A stretch of 64,000 nucleotides of DNA. Source: Candidatus Dormiibacterota bacterium (GTDB taxonomy: Bacteria; Chloroflexota; Dormibacteria; Aeolococcales; Aeolococcaceae). The notes under the pieces were generated by a model. It ran no database searches, was not told the origin of the DNA, and worked only from the letters and a program-made list of their open reading frames with translations. The stretch spans positions 96,001-160,000 of the forward strand of contig CAVPXI010000013.1 of assembly GCA_963709585.1 (NCBI GenBank), written 5' to 3'. A program made the translations under genes and the position numbers. Positions 52,392 to 63,249 of the stretch are shown here, piece by piece. Numbering within the stretch: the first letter of the stretch is position 1; each line of letters starts with the position of its first letter.

Positions 52392-52760
52392 CGACTTATC
52401 CCCGTGGGATGTCTAGGCTCGCCCGGCCCGCGCGCTCAGCATAGGTCAGTCCGAGGCGGTCAATTGACGCTCGATGCGCTAGCGGGCCGACGTGAGCGGC
52501 CGCGTCTCTTCAGGCTCGCCGTCACAGTGGCAATTCGTAGCCCTGAATGGCTAGGGCTCACCTGCTCGACATGCGGCAGCAAGTTGTTGCAGGCGTTTAG
52601 GACGGTCGACGGCGACGCCACCGTGGAAGCTGATTGGCGGAACGACTCAACCCGGAGCTCAATCTCGACCATGACCACGATCGTCGTAAAGCGGGATACA
52701 CACACCCGTCACAGAGCGCGACGGTCGCGTCCGAAGGCGCGTCGCAGGAAGCACCTATCA

Positions 52761-53109
52761 AAACTGTAAGCGCTATGTATGCGCTGGACTGACACAATCT
52801 CTTGCGATGACCAGCGGCATCCGCCCTCAACCGTGGGGATGGATGCCTTTTGCAGGAACAGCCATTATCCCTGGTTAGAGCACTACGCCACGTGGGCGCG
52901 CAGGCGCCCAAACACACTGTGCAACCTCTTGTTGCGAACGCAAGTCGGGCGTCCGTCGGGGAGACGGACTCGAACCTGCGACCCCTGATCCCCCAGACCA
53001 GCGCTTTGCTCCCGATGCGGGCTGAGTTCGACTTAGAGTGCTTTCGTCGGGGAGTGGTTGGAATGACGACGAGACCGTGGCTTTCGGAATCCATTTGAAT
53101 CGCGTAGAC
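52761..53109 (-). repeat. P-family repeat P7: arm A + tRNA-Pro 3' half (52956-53001) + right arm
   Basis: Arm A start AAACTGTAAGCGCTATGTATGCG; core with a 1-bp deletion and one substitution. Confidence 0.92.
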
Positions 53110-53383
53110 ATCAACAGGCGCGAGAAAGCAGTCAGCTTCCAACGCCGATCCACCCCGAATCTACTCGGCAACGTTCCCTGCGACCAGGGCGATCCCTCCG
53201 CGCTGGAAAAGGCAACAAAGCCCGCCGCGACAAACTCTAACGCGCTCGTTGCGCGTTGTCTCGACCTCGGGAGGTGGCAGGCACTGCACCTAACGCGGTC
53301 CTAGCATCGACGATGCGCGTTGGCTGCGCCGACCCAACTCGCCCACATGGCGAGGTGGGCGGCGGCGGAATGCGAGGAATGGA

Positions 53384-53563
53384 TCACTTGGGTTTGGCGC
53401 TGGAGCGACGCTTCCGTCGGTCCCGGATGACGTAGATCGGAGTACCGATGATCGCGGCGAGCATCAGGATCGGGACGATGATCCACGGCCCGATGTGAAA
53501 GCTCTCCCCGCTATTTGCGGCTGTCGCGATCAGTTTGACGGCGATGATCATTTGCTGATGCAT
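53384..53563 (-). CDS. Small single-TM protein (59 aa)
   Basis: Translated by hand: MHQQMIIAVK...GPWIIVPILMLAAIIGTPIYVIRDRRKRRSSAKPK; follows the ABC permease; purine-rich RBS. Confidence 0.5.
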   Translation of the reverse strand: MHQQMIIAVKLIATAANSGESFHIGPWIIVPILMLAAIIGTPIYVIRDRRKRRSSAKPK

Positions 53564-53626
53564 GTTCCTAGCTCCTTGGGGGTGATTCTGATGGCTGGTT
53601 CGGGGCGCATTGACAGAGCGCCCAGG

Positions 53627-54415
53627 TCACGTGATGTCGCGCAAGACCGTGGTACGCGCGGCAATGAGCGATATGACTGCGGCGATACCGGCGATGAGTG
53701 CCGCGGAAGCGATGACAGGCAGCGATGTGCCTCCTGCCAGCCCGTGGGCGGGACCGAAGGCGGCGTTGCCGAGTGTGGCCCCGGCCATGGTGGTGGCCGC
53801 GGTGTACGGGAGGTAGGGGCGAACCGACGTGTACAAGCCGCCGATGAGCGACTCGATCACGATGGCCCAGACGAAGATGCCGATGACGATGGCGAGTTGG
53901 GATCGGACGAGCGAGCCAAGGGCCACTCCGAGGACAGCGAGTAGGGCTGCGCCGAGCATGGCGCCGGCGACGTGGCCGACGAGTGTTCCCGTGCTCAGTG
54001 CGACGTGGTCGCCTTGCGCAGCCACGAAGATGAGACCGACGGTGGTGGCGATGATGCCGGCGAGAAGGCCAAAGAGAGAGCCGACGATTGCAGCGGCGAT
54101 GGCTTTGGCTACCAGAACCCGAGGTCGTTTGGGGGTGGCGAGGTACGTGAGGGTGGCGCTGGAGTGGCGGAACTCGCCATTGGCCACGATCGCACCCAGC
54201 ACAGCAGCCAGGAGCATGGCGAACCCGGTCACGGTGGTCACGCTTCGAAGACCTTCCGCAGTGGAGATCGGGGGTGCACCGCTGCCGGCGCTGCCAGCTT
54301 GGCCGCCTTCGAGTATTGCGAAGAACCCACTCAACGCAGCCGCCGCGGCGATCAGCCCGTAGGTGAGGCGCATGGTGCGCAGCTTGAGTAGTTCGGTGCG
54401 AACCAGCAGCGTCAT
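53627..54415 (-). CDS. ABC-2 type permease
   Basis: 'RTELLKLRT', 'GEFRH...TYLATPKR'; about 6 TM. Confidence 0.9.
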   Translation of the reverse strand: MTLLVRTELLKLRTMRLTYGLIAAAAALSGFFAILEGGQAGSAGSGAPPISTAEGLRSVTTVTGFAMLLAAVLGAIVANGEFRHSSATLTYLATPKRPRVLVAKAIAAAIVGSLFGLLAGIIATTVGLIFVAAQGDHVALSTGTLVGHVAGAMLGAALLAVLGVALGSLVRSQLAIVIGIFVWAIVIESLIGGLYTSVRPYLPYTAATTMAGATLGNAAFGPAHGLAGGTSLPVIASAALIAGIAAVISLIAARTTVLRDIT

Positions 54416-55320
54416 CGGGCGACCTCGCTTCGCTCGGCGTCCGCGGTAAGTCGGAGAAAAATGTCTTCGAGGTCTGCGGCGTCGGTGTTGGTTTCGAAGA
54501 GTGGGATTCCCTGTCCGGCGGCAAGGGTGCCGACCTGTTCCCCGCTTGCGCCGCTGACCTTAAGCCGGTCTGGCGCGATTATCTCGGCCGTGAAGCCCTT
54601 CGCCGAGAGCGCGGCAGCCAGGTCTTGGGCTCGCGGGGTGCGTACCCGGACGACGTTACTGGTTGTGGCGATAAGGTCAGCGAGCGTGGCCTGAATGACG
54701 AGCCGGCCCCGATCGAGGATCACCACGCTGTCGACGGTCTGGGCGACCTCGGCGAGGAGGTGGCTGGATACAAGTATCGTGCGTCCCTCCGTCGCGAGTT
54801 GACGAAGGAATTGGCGGAGCCAGTGCACGCCTTCAGGGTCGAGCCCGTTGGCCGGCTCATCGAGGACGAGGATCTGCGGGTCGCAGAGCAATGCGGTGGC
54901 CAGGCCGAGTTGTTGGCGCATGCCGAGGGAGAACTGCCCAGCCCGGCGGTGAGCGGCGTGGGTGAGGCCGACGATGTCGAGCACCTCGTCGACCCGAGCG
55001 GGCGGGGCCCCGCCCACCAGGGCCTCGATTCGGAGATGGTTGCGGGCCGTGCGCCCCGGATAGGCGTTCGAGGATTCGAGGACGGCGCCGACGACACGCA
55101 TGGGTGCAACCAAGTCACGGTACGGGCGGCCATTGATAGTGGCTGTTCCCTCGCTCGGCTCGATGAGGCCGAGGATCATCCGCAACGTGGTGGTCTTGCC
55201 GGCGCCATTGGGCCCGAGAAACCCTACGATGCTGCCGCGCTGCACCGTGAAGCTGACGTGGTCAACGGCGGTCAGGCTGGCGAAGCGCTTGGTCAGCCCT
55301 TCGACCTCGATCACCGCCAC
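54412..55320 (-). CDS. ABC transporter ATP-binding protein (BcrA-like)
   Basis: GPNGAGKTT, FSLGMRQ, VLDEPANGLDP. Confidence 0.93.
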   Translation of the reverse strand: MAVIEVEGLTKRFASLTAVDHVSFTVQRGSIVGFLGPNGAGKTTTLRMILGLIEPSEGTATINGRPYRDLVAPMRVVGAVLESSNAYPGRTARNHLRIEALVGGAPPARVDEVLDIVGLTHAAHRRAGQFSLGMRQQLGLATALLCDPQILVLDEPANGLDPEGVHWLRQFLRQLATEGRTILVSSHLLAEVAQTVDSVVILDRGRLVIQATLADLIATTSNVVRVRTPRAQDLAAALSAKGFTAEIIAPDRLKVSGASGEQVGTLAAGQGIPLFETNTDAADLEDIFLRLTADAERSEVAR

Positions 55321-55421
55321 TATCGCGACCGGACTGGTGCAATAACGATCGTGCGTTGGTTCATGCAGACGATGCTGACGGGCATTGCGCCGCGTGTCGT
55401 CGGGCCGGGAGCGGCTCGTCG

Positions 55422-55441
55422 GCTACGTCAGTGGGCGTAGC
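55422..55441. promoter_or_regulatory. Palindromic operator GCTACG-N8-CGTAGC
   Basis: Lies between the ABC operon and a divergent NarL-type two-component system; repeated at 24323. Confidence 0.55.
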
Positions 55442-55531
55442 GACGAGGGCACAACTGCGCCCGGAACCGCAGCTCGCAAGCCGCTGCTAAGGCGATGCGC
55501 TGGGGGAAGCGGGTAGCTACGCTGGGCCTCG

Positions 55532-56726
55532 ATGGATCACGTGCATCGGGAAACCAGCGTCACCGAGGGAGGGACGGAACGACGACGGGGGTGGTTCGCG
55601 GACCTGAGTTGGCGTCGGTATCTGGCTCTTCCCGCCGTGCTATTAGTGGTGCAACTAGCCGGAGCAATCGCCACCACAGCCAGTCAGCAGGGCCAGCAGA
55701 CTCCCCTCGGCGTCGCGGACTGGATCTTGCTGGTTGTAGGTCCGCTGGCGCTGACGTTCTGCCACCGCCACCCGGTTGCTGTGCTCTGGGTGACACTCGC
55801 GGCCACGCTCGCCCCCTCAGGGTCATGGTCTGCGAACCTAAGCCTCATCGTCGCCTTTTTCATCGCGGCCACCGGCGGGCTCCGGCGAGCCGCCTGGCTG
55901 GTGATCGTGGCCGGCTATGTCTGCAGTGTTTGGCTGGCCCCGCTCGTCTTCGGCCATTCGATTGCGACACTGCAGTTCGCGCTTCTCCTGTTCGGGTGGC
56001 TGACCGTGCTGGTGATCGCGGCCGAAGTGGTCAGGATGCGCCGTGAGCGCAGTATCGAGACCGACGCGGCCCGCCGAACTCGCCTCAGAGCGGCGAGCAA
56101 GCGAGGAGCGACTGGTGATGGCCCGGGATCTCCACGACGTGATCGGCCACAACATCTCGCTCATCAACGTGCAAGCTGGAGTGGGCCTCGACCTGATGGA
56201 CACTCACCCCGAACAGGCCCGCGTCGCCCTGGCGGCGATTAAGGCCTCCTCGAAAGACGCCCTCGACGAACTGCGCACCATGCTCGTCGCACTCCGCCAG
56301 ACGGGTGAGGAAGCACCGCGCTCACCGACCCCAGGCCTCGCCCGACTCCCCGAGCTGATCAAGGTGACACGCGCCGCCGGTCTTTCAGTGGTCACCGAAG
56401 TTGCCGGGGACCCGATGCCGCTGCCCACCCCGGTCGACCTGGCGGCCTACCGAATCATCCAAGAATCGCTCACGAATGTCGCCCGCCATGCAGGACCAGC
56501 GACCGCAACCGTACGCCTCACGTATGAGCGCGACACGCTGGTCATCGAGATTGCGGACGACGGCGATACCCAACGAGTCAACGCAGTGCTGCCATTCGGT
56601 GCGGGCAGCGGGATCCCCGGCATGCGCGAGCGCGCGACGGCCCTCGGAGGTCGCCTCGACGCCGAGCCGCGTCCGGGTGGAGGGTTCGCCGTGACCGCCC
56701 GCCTACCGCTCGGAGTGCCGGGGTGA
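55532..56726 (+). CDS. HisKA_3 (NarX/DesK-like) sensor kinase; apparent frameshift at 56076-56081
   Basis: TM region followed by 'EERLVMARDLHDVIGH', 'QESLTNVARHA', 'GIPGMRERA'. Confidence 0.88.
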
Positions 56727-57388
56727 TCCGCGTGCTCCTCGCCGACGACCAGGCGCTCGTCCGCGCCGGCTTCAAAGCCCTGCTCGATGCGCGGGACGAC
56801 ATCGAGGTCGTCGGCGAAGCCGCCAACGGCACTGAGGCGGTGTCGATGTGCAAGACGCTGACGCCCGACGTGGTGCTCATGGACATCCGCATGCCTGAAC
56901 TCGATGGCCTCGAAGCCACCCGCCAGATTGCCGACGACGCCCGCCTCTCAAGCGTGCGCATCATCATCCTCACCACCTTTGAACTCGACGAATATCTCTT
57001 CGACGCCCTACGTCACGGGGCGAGTGGATTCTTGGTCAAAGACACCGAGCCGGCTGATCTCGTAACTGCCGTGCGGGTTGTAGCCGCAGGGGACTCCCTG
57101 ATCTCGCCCAACATGACTCGCCGCCTCGTCGCCGAGTACGCCGCCCGAGCCAAGGAGCCGCGGCCCCCCGATGAATTGGCGGCGCTCACACAGCGAGAAC
57201 GTGAAGTCATGTGCCTCGTAGCGGGAGCGTTGACCAATGACGAGATTGCCGAGCGCCTCTACATCAGCCCAGCCACCGCGCGCACCCATGTCAGCCGGGC
57301 TATGAACAAGCTCGGCGCCCGGGACCGCGCACAACTCGTGGTGCTCGCCTACGAGACCGGGCTCGTTCGCCCAGGATGGCTCGCCTGA
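56723..57388 (+). CDS. NarL/LuxR-family response regulator
   Basis: VLLADDQ, LMDIRMP, LTQREREV...TARTHVSR. Confidence 0.95.
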   Translation: MIRVLLADDQALVRAGFKALLDARDDIEVVGEAANGTEAVSMCKTLTPDVVLMDIRMPELDGLEATRQIADDARLSSVRIIILTTFELDEYLFDALRHGASGFLVKDTEPADLVTAVRVVAAGDSLISPNMTRRLVAEYAARAKEPRPPDELAALTQREREVMCLVAGALTNDEIAERLYISPATARTHVSRAMNKLGARDRAQLVVLAYETGLVRPGWLA

Positions 57389-57707
57389 GCGGGGCGCGTC
57401 TGAGAGCCGTGGACCACCAAGTGCGACTGCTACTAGTCAATCCGGTGAGCGCCCCCCTCCAGCGGGGTTACCCGCCGGGACCATCGAGCGAGTTCGCAGT
57501 CGTACATGGCGGCGAACACCTTGACGATGTCCGCAATTCGGAAGCGTTCACTCGGGTCGCTGCTGACGTGTTTCACTCGCCTTCTTCCGATCCGCCAGCC
57601 CCCCGTGGCTCGAAGCACTGGCCCGGTTCGATTCCGCTCACGCGCTCTTCGCACACGACCTCTCGGGCCTGGAGTTCGCAAACAACCACCCTCCCGACAA
57701 AACGGTA

Positions 57708-58190
57708 GTGCCCACACTCGGACGGTTCACCGCCGGGATTTCACAATTCGCCAATAGGCGCGGCATTTACCTTGGGCGGCGGTCGACGAAGATCCATGTG
57801 GCTCTCTACCGGCGGACCGGCGGCAGGATCGGCGGCCATCTCCCCGGCTGGAATCAGGCCCGGATCCTCCTCCTTGACCACACGGGCGCTAAGACCGGCA
57901 CGAGGCGGACGTCTCCGCTGATGTACCACGAGGATGACGTTACCGTCGCCGTCGTGGCTTCGAAGGGCGGCCAGCCCACGCACCCGGCGTGGTTCCACAA
58001 CCTGAAAGCGAATCCGGACACGACGATCCAGATCGGCTCGGTGGTTCGGACTGTCCGCGCTCGCGTCGCGACCGACGAAGAGCGCGACCGCCTCTGGCCG
58101 AAGTTCGTAGCCTTCTACCCCGGCTACGACTTCTTCCAAAGCCATGCGAAGAGTCGGAAGATCCCGATCGTGATCCTCGACCCTCGTTAG
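57708..58190 (+). CDS. Nitroreductase-like deazaflavin (F420)-dependent oxidoreductase (DUF385)
   Basis: 'GAKTGTRRTSPL', 'VASKGGQPTHPAWFHNLKANP', 'RKIPIVIL'. Confidence 0.9.
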   Translation: MPTLGRFTAGISQFANRRGIYLGRRSTKIHVALYRRTGGRIGGHLPGWNQARILLLDHTGAKTGTRRTSPLMYHEDDVTVAVVASKGGQPTHPAWFHNLKANPDTTIQIGSVVRTVRARVATDEERDRLWPKFVAFYPGYDFFQSHAKSRKIPIVILDPR

Positions 58191-58830
58191 CAGAAAGCCT
58201 CGGCCTTCCCCAGGCGCGCCGTCGACTTCCCTGAGAGTCGCCCTCTCAAGGAACAATCGCTCAGATCCTCGGGCCCGGGCGCCACCTCTCGTCCTCGCTT
58301 CATCGCTCCCCACTCACCTCCGCTTTCGTGCAACTGCTTGCGAATCTCTTACGGGCGTTCCGATGTCGAGCGTCGGAAGCACGTTGGAGTCTGACCGCGC
58401 AATCCTGTGCCCGAGTGCAGCGCCACCACCGGGGGACGGACCGCGACTGCTGGTCTCGACATGAACCCCGACACGACCGCGTAGAACGACTGCGCGGTGT
58501 TCTCATCCAGCACCGAGCGATAGATGAACCCCCCGGAAAACTGGAGACTCTGGGGTGTCCAAAGTTCAGCCACCGACAGCCGAGGGTCGAGCGGCGGAGC
58601 GCCGCCAGGGTGTCCGCCCGCACGGCTGCCCCACAGTCCGAGCCGTGGACCTCTCCCCGATCGATCGTGCTGAAGCAGCTGTCCATCTTCGAGAACTGTT
58701 CGAGCATCTCGCGGATGCCGCCGATTTCGTGCTGCCACGCGACCCAAGTCGATCTCATCGCCGGGAGCGTTGGCGATTGCTCCCCGCGCCGTCACGCCGG
58801 CCAGGTGGAGCGCATAGACGGGCGCGGCCA

Positions 58831-59260
58831 AAACTGTAAGCGCTATGTATGCGCTGGACTGCCACAATCTCTAGGCATGAGCAGCGGCATCCGGCCTCGA
58901 CTGTGGGGAATGATGCCTTTTGCAGGAAAAGTCATCATTCCTGGTTAGAGCACTGCACAACGTGGGCGCGCAGGCGCCCAAACACACCGCGCAACCTCTC
59001 GTTGCGAACTCAAGTCGGGCGTCCGTCGGGGAGACAGGACTCGAACCTGCGACCCCTGGTCCCCCAGATTAGTCGTCATTTCCCGATGAGTGCTGAGTTC
59101 GATTTAGACTGGTTTTGTGGGAATTGGTTGGAATGACGACTAGAGCACGTGTGATGGATTCTTTTGGAATCGCGTGCACACGCTCGGCGAATTGTGCCGC
59201 CTCCCTTCGCGGCTCTCCCCAACCGCTCTCCCGACTCTATCGACTTTGGGCATTCTGGTC
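58831..59260 (-). repeat. P-family repeat P8: arm A + tRNA-Pro 3' half (59026-59072) + right arm
   Basis: Aligns with P2, P4 and P7. Confidence 0.93.
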
Positions 59261-59402
59261 TGCCACGGAGACCATCGGCAGCAACAGCGGCTGGCGTGCC
59301 CCGTGACGTGACCGGGCGCTCGTCTGGGAGGCGATCATGGTCCTCGAATGGTTCCGCACTCATGGGCGGTGAACATCGTCGGGAGCGAACCCGATAAAGA
59401 GG

Positions 59403-60661
59403 TCAGCGGTCGCCCGACGGAGCCAGCTCGGAGAGGCGTCGATGAAGAAATCGGCGCTCGGCGTCTGTCGGCGCCAGCGCAAGCGCTTCGCGATATGCCG
59501 TTTGCGCCTCTGCGTAGCGCGTCAGGCGTCTGAACAAATCGGCACGCGTCGCGGGCAGCAGGTAGTAACCGGACAGGACTTCCGCTTGTTCCAGCTCGAC
59601 AAGCAGCGCGAGTCCCGCCGCCGGCCCGTCGGCCATCGCGACAGCTACGGCGCGGTTGAGCAGCACAACCGGCGTCGGTGCAATCTCGCTCAGGCGGTCA
59701 TAGAGGGCCACGATCTCCCGCCAGTCCGTCTCGTCGGAGGTCCGAGCCTGGGCATGGCAGGCTGCGATCGCGGCCTGCAACTGGTACGGCCCCGGTCGTC
59801 GATGCCGCATGGCTCGATCGAGGAGCATGCACGCCTCGTCGATCCCGGCTCGATCCCAGAGCGCGCGATCTTGGTCCGCCAGCGTCACCAACTCGCCCTC
59901 GCCGTCGATGCGTGCCTGGCGCCTCGAAGTCCTGAAGGAGCAGGAGGCTGAGCAACCCAAGGGCCTCTGGCTCATCGGGCATAAGCTCCGCCAGCAACCG
60001 TCCCAGACGGATCGCCTCCGAGCAGAGTTCCTTGCGAATCAGCTCGTCGCCGGCGCTCGCGCCGTAGCCCTCGTTGAAAAGCGCGTAGATCACTGCCAGC
60101 ACCGCGCGCAGCCGCTCCTGCAGATGGCGCGCATCCGGCACGCGATATGGAATGCGTGCCTCGACAATCTTGCGCTTGGCGCGCGTCAACCGCTTCGCCA
60201 TCGTCTCCTGAGGGAGCAGGAAGGCCCGTGCTATCTCGGGTGTCGTCAAACCCGCGAGTGTGCGAAGCGTCAGCGCCACCTGAGCCTCGACCGGGAGCGC
60301 TGGGTGACAGCACGTGAACATCAGCCGAAGCCGATCGTCCTCAATCCCGCTGTCGTTATCATCGTTGTCAGGCGCTGTGGGTCCCGTCACCCCAACCTCC
60401 CTCCGCTTGGCTTCGCCCACTGTTTCTCGTCGCAACCGGTCCAGCGCACGGTTTCGCGCAGTCGTTTTCAACCAGGCTGCAGGAACTCGATGGAATCCCA
60501 TCGCGTGGCCAGCGAGCGATCGCCCGCTCGAATGCATCTTGGGCGCACTCTTCGGCCAGGTCCCAATTGCCGGTAACGTGGATGAGGTAGGCGACGACGC
60601 GACCCCAATTTGCCCGGAAGGCCTCGTCGACCGCCGCCTGCGCATCGGCTAAAGCGGCCAC
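59403..60661 (-). CDS. ECF42-type sigma factor, copy 2; apparent extra bases near 60485 and 59928
   Basis: Collinear with 25305..26562. Confidence 0.86.
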
Positions 60662-60990
60662 ACCGGTCGGACCTCAATCGTGCCGGAGCGGGCGCCCGGA
60701 TTCCTAGAAGCGATCTCGATCGCCTCGTCGAGATCCGCACAGTCGACGACGTAGAAGCCGGCGATCTGCTCCTTGGTCTCGGCAAAAGGACCGTCGGCGA
60801 CCACGAGGCCGTCGTCGCGGACCCTCACCGTCGTCGAGAGCGTCGTCTCTCGGAGACGCTCGCGCGCGACCAAAACTCCTCGGGCCTCCATCTCGTCCTG
60901 GAAAGCCATGAACGCAGCGTATTCCGTCGCGACAGCCTCGTCGCTCCGTTCGGCGCTCTCGTCGACATAGACCAACATCGCATATCGCAT
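60649..60990 (-). CDS. YciI/DGPF family protein, copy 2
   Basis: DGPFAETKEQIAGFY. Confidence 0.92.
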   Translation of the reverse strand: MRYAMLVYVDESAERSDEAVATEYAAFMAFQDEMEARGVLVARERLRETTLSTTVRVRDDGLVVADGPFAETKEQIAGFYVVDCADLDEAIEIASRNPGARSGTIEVRPVWPL

Positions 60991-61079
60991 CGGGTCCTCC
61001 TTCAAGTTGTTCGCTGGCCGCTGCCAAACAACCGCGAGCGGCCGGAGGCCCCAAGAGGCCCCCGGCGACCGCCGCGTCA

Positions 61080-61472
61080 TTACAGCGTGACGAAAAACAC
61101 CACCTGCTCGTCGATGATCTCCTGGTTCTCGTCGAGTCGGTAGAGGCGAGCCCCCTGAAGCGTCATCTCAGGCGCATCAGGCCCGAGCTTCACGCGCGAG
61201 GTCACCTGCAACAGCGCCCGCGTCTGATCACCGACCGCGGAGTTCACCGTGGTCGCGCCCGGCAGCACGGCCTGACCGAACTGCATCAGACCTTGCATGT
61301 AGTCCTCGATCCCCGTGGTGTCGACCTTCGGCGCTTCGGGATCGACACTCGTGACGGAAACGTGGACATCGGCTGCAAGCGCGGTGCGCGCCAAGTCGTA
61401 GTCGTGCTTGCCCCACGCGGCAACGTGAGCCCGAGCGACCTCAATGGCGGTTGCTTCCTGATTCGACGACAT
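61080..61472 (-). CDS. SnoaL/NTF2-like protein, copy 2
   Basis: Paralogue of 24494..24886. Confidence 0.85.
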   Translation of the reverse strand: MSSNQEATAIEVARAHVAAWGKHDYDLARTALAADVHVSVTSVDPEAPKVDTTGIEDYMQGLMQFGQAVLPGATTVNSAVGDQTRALLQVTSRVKLGPDAPEMTLQGARLYRLDENQEIIDEQVVFFVTL

Positions 61473-62064
61473 AGCGACTCTCCTTGTGAGTAGCGGTTTG
61501 GTTGGTCTTCGGTCCTAAGACGAACGGGAACATCGGGAAATGGACATATCGGGCGTCTGACTTGCCAGCAACGGGCGGAGGGCGCCGTCACTGGCCACCA
61601 GGGCGAAGGCATGCAGGGGTCCCCGCCGGTGGGCGCCGTTTCTCGCACCGCGGATGCAACACAGGGTCGACGGCGCCGGATTGTCTGGGGTGGCGCTACC
61701 TGGTGCGTGAACCACGAGAGGACAACAACGCTGGCGTCGCGCACCGTGCTCGATGCTGGCTTCACGAAGGCCAAGCATCCCGGCCACCCCTGCTACTTCA
61801 TGGTGCCAGGCGGCTGAGCCTCCAGCCTCTCCCGGGACGGATCACGGCTTAGCAAACGTGACCGTCAAACCGGGGCACGCCCCCGCGCCGGTCCTTCGCC
61901 CTGAGTGGCCCGGGGCGGGACCTTGCACGTAGACGAGGTGGTGTCGTTGTGACGCACGGTGTTTACCCTGGGTGAGCGTGGCATCATGTGACTGGCGAGA
62001 TGAGCCGTGAGCACCGGCAGGTCGATGGCAACTGATTGAGCATGACCGCTGTCGTTTGCGCTGC

Positions 62065-63082
62065 TCAGCCGGGAAGGGTAATCGGGAGCCCGAAGCTAGA
62101 GAGCACACCGTTGTCGAACCTGGTGATGGCGGAGATCCGGTCCCCGGCCAGTGTCACCACCTGCAGACCGACCGCGTGCAGCACGGCACTATGTGGGTCG
62201 GGCCGGTACAGGCCGAAGGCCAGTTCGCCGTTGGCCCGGGTCGGGACTAGGCGGAACCTGCGTCCCGTCCGGAAGATCGCGGCGAAGAAACGGGTCACCA
62301 CGTCGAGCCCCTGGTACTCCAACGGCAGGGGCGGCATGGCCACCAGGACGTCCTCGGTGAGCAGCGCGACCAACCCATCCAGGTCGCCGCTGGCATAGGC
62401 CTGCGTGAGCTTTTCAACGAGCCGGCGTTCAACGAGGGAGCCAGGTGCGGGCGGTGGCTCATGCAGCCAGGTCGAAGAATGCCGGCTGCGCAGCGTGGCG
62501 CGTGCGCGTTTCAGCGCGCTGGTCACCAACTCCTCGCTCAACTCGAGGATGTTGGCGACCTCGCCGGCGCGAAAGCCCAGGACGTCGCGGAGGATGAGCA
62601 CGACTCGCTGCCGGGGCGGCAGCAGCTGCAGTGCGGTCACGAACGCCAGCGAGATGGCTTCCCGTGAACTCGTAGCGCGCCTCAGGCCCGGGCTCGCGGT
62701 CGACCAGCCCCTGTAGGAGCGTGTCCGGGTACGGCTCCAGCCAGAACACCTCGCCCAGGCCCGTAGGCTCGGGAACCTCAAGGTGCAGCACGGGCAAGTC
62801 CACGTGCGGACGCCGTCGCGCGGCGCGCAGCGCGTTGAGGCAGCGGCTGGTCGCGATCCGATACAGCCAGGTGCGCATCGAGGCACGCCCCTCGAAGGCT
62901 TCCAGCCCTCGCCACGCCGCCAGCAGTGTTTCCTGGAGCGCGTCCTCGGCGTCCTGCACTGACGCCAGCATCCGGTAGCAGTGGACCTGCAGCTCGGCCA
63001 GGAACGGGTCGACGAGCCGGCGGAACGCCTCCTCGTCTCCAGCGCGGGCCCGATCGATCAGGTCTGTAGTCAGCAACTCCAC
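62065..63082 (-). CDS. ECF sigma factor with C-terminal SnoaL-like domain (SigG-like); apparent frameshift near 62668
   Basis: 'LQVHCYRML...DAEDALQET', 'WLEPYPD', 'LAFVTALQLLPPRQR', 'TRANG'. Confidence 0.87.
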
Positions 63083-63249
63083 CCGTCATCGCCTCGTCTC
63101 ATGGTTGCTCTGGCGCCTGCACCGGTACTGACCCCGGGCAGCGGGGAAACTGGGCGCTCGTGGCCGCCCAGTGTATCGGCGCTTCGGTGTCTAACCAAGC
63201 GATGAGCCAACTCACCTCTTGGGCCGGCACGAGCAGAAGGAGTCAATCC

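Larger units (their letters stand above)
50953..52414 (+). mobile_element. Complete IS110-family element with CT core at both junctions
   Basis: Junctions GTGACT-CT-AATGGG and GGGATGT-CT-AGGCTC; no terminal inverted repeats; internal guide matches define the ends. Confidence 0.85.

Noticed and set aside
15201-59072. Eight functional tRNA-Pro genes
   Set aside because: Only the anticodon arm to discriminator is present; there is no D-arm or 5' acceptor strand, and several copies carry stem-breaking changes.
6682-59260. CRISPR array
   Set aside because: Repeats are over 100 bp, kilobases apart and separated by genes; no cas genes are present.
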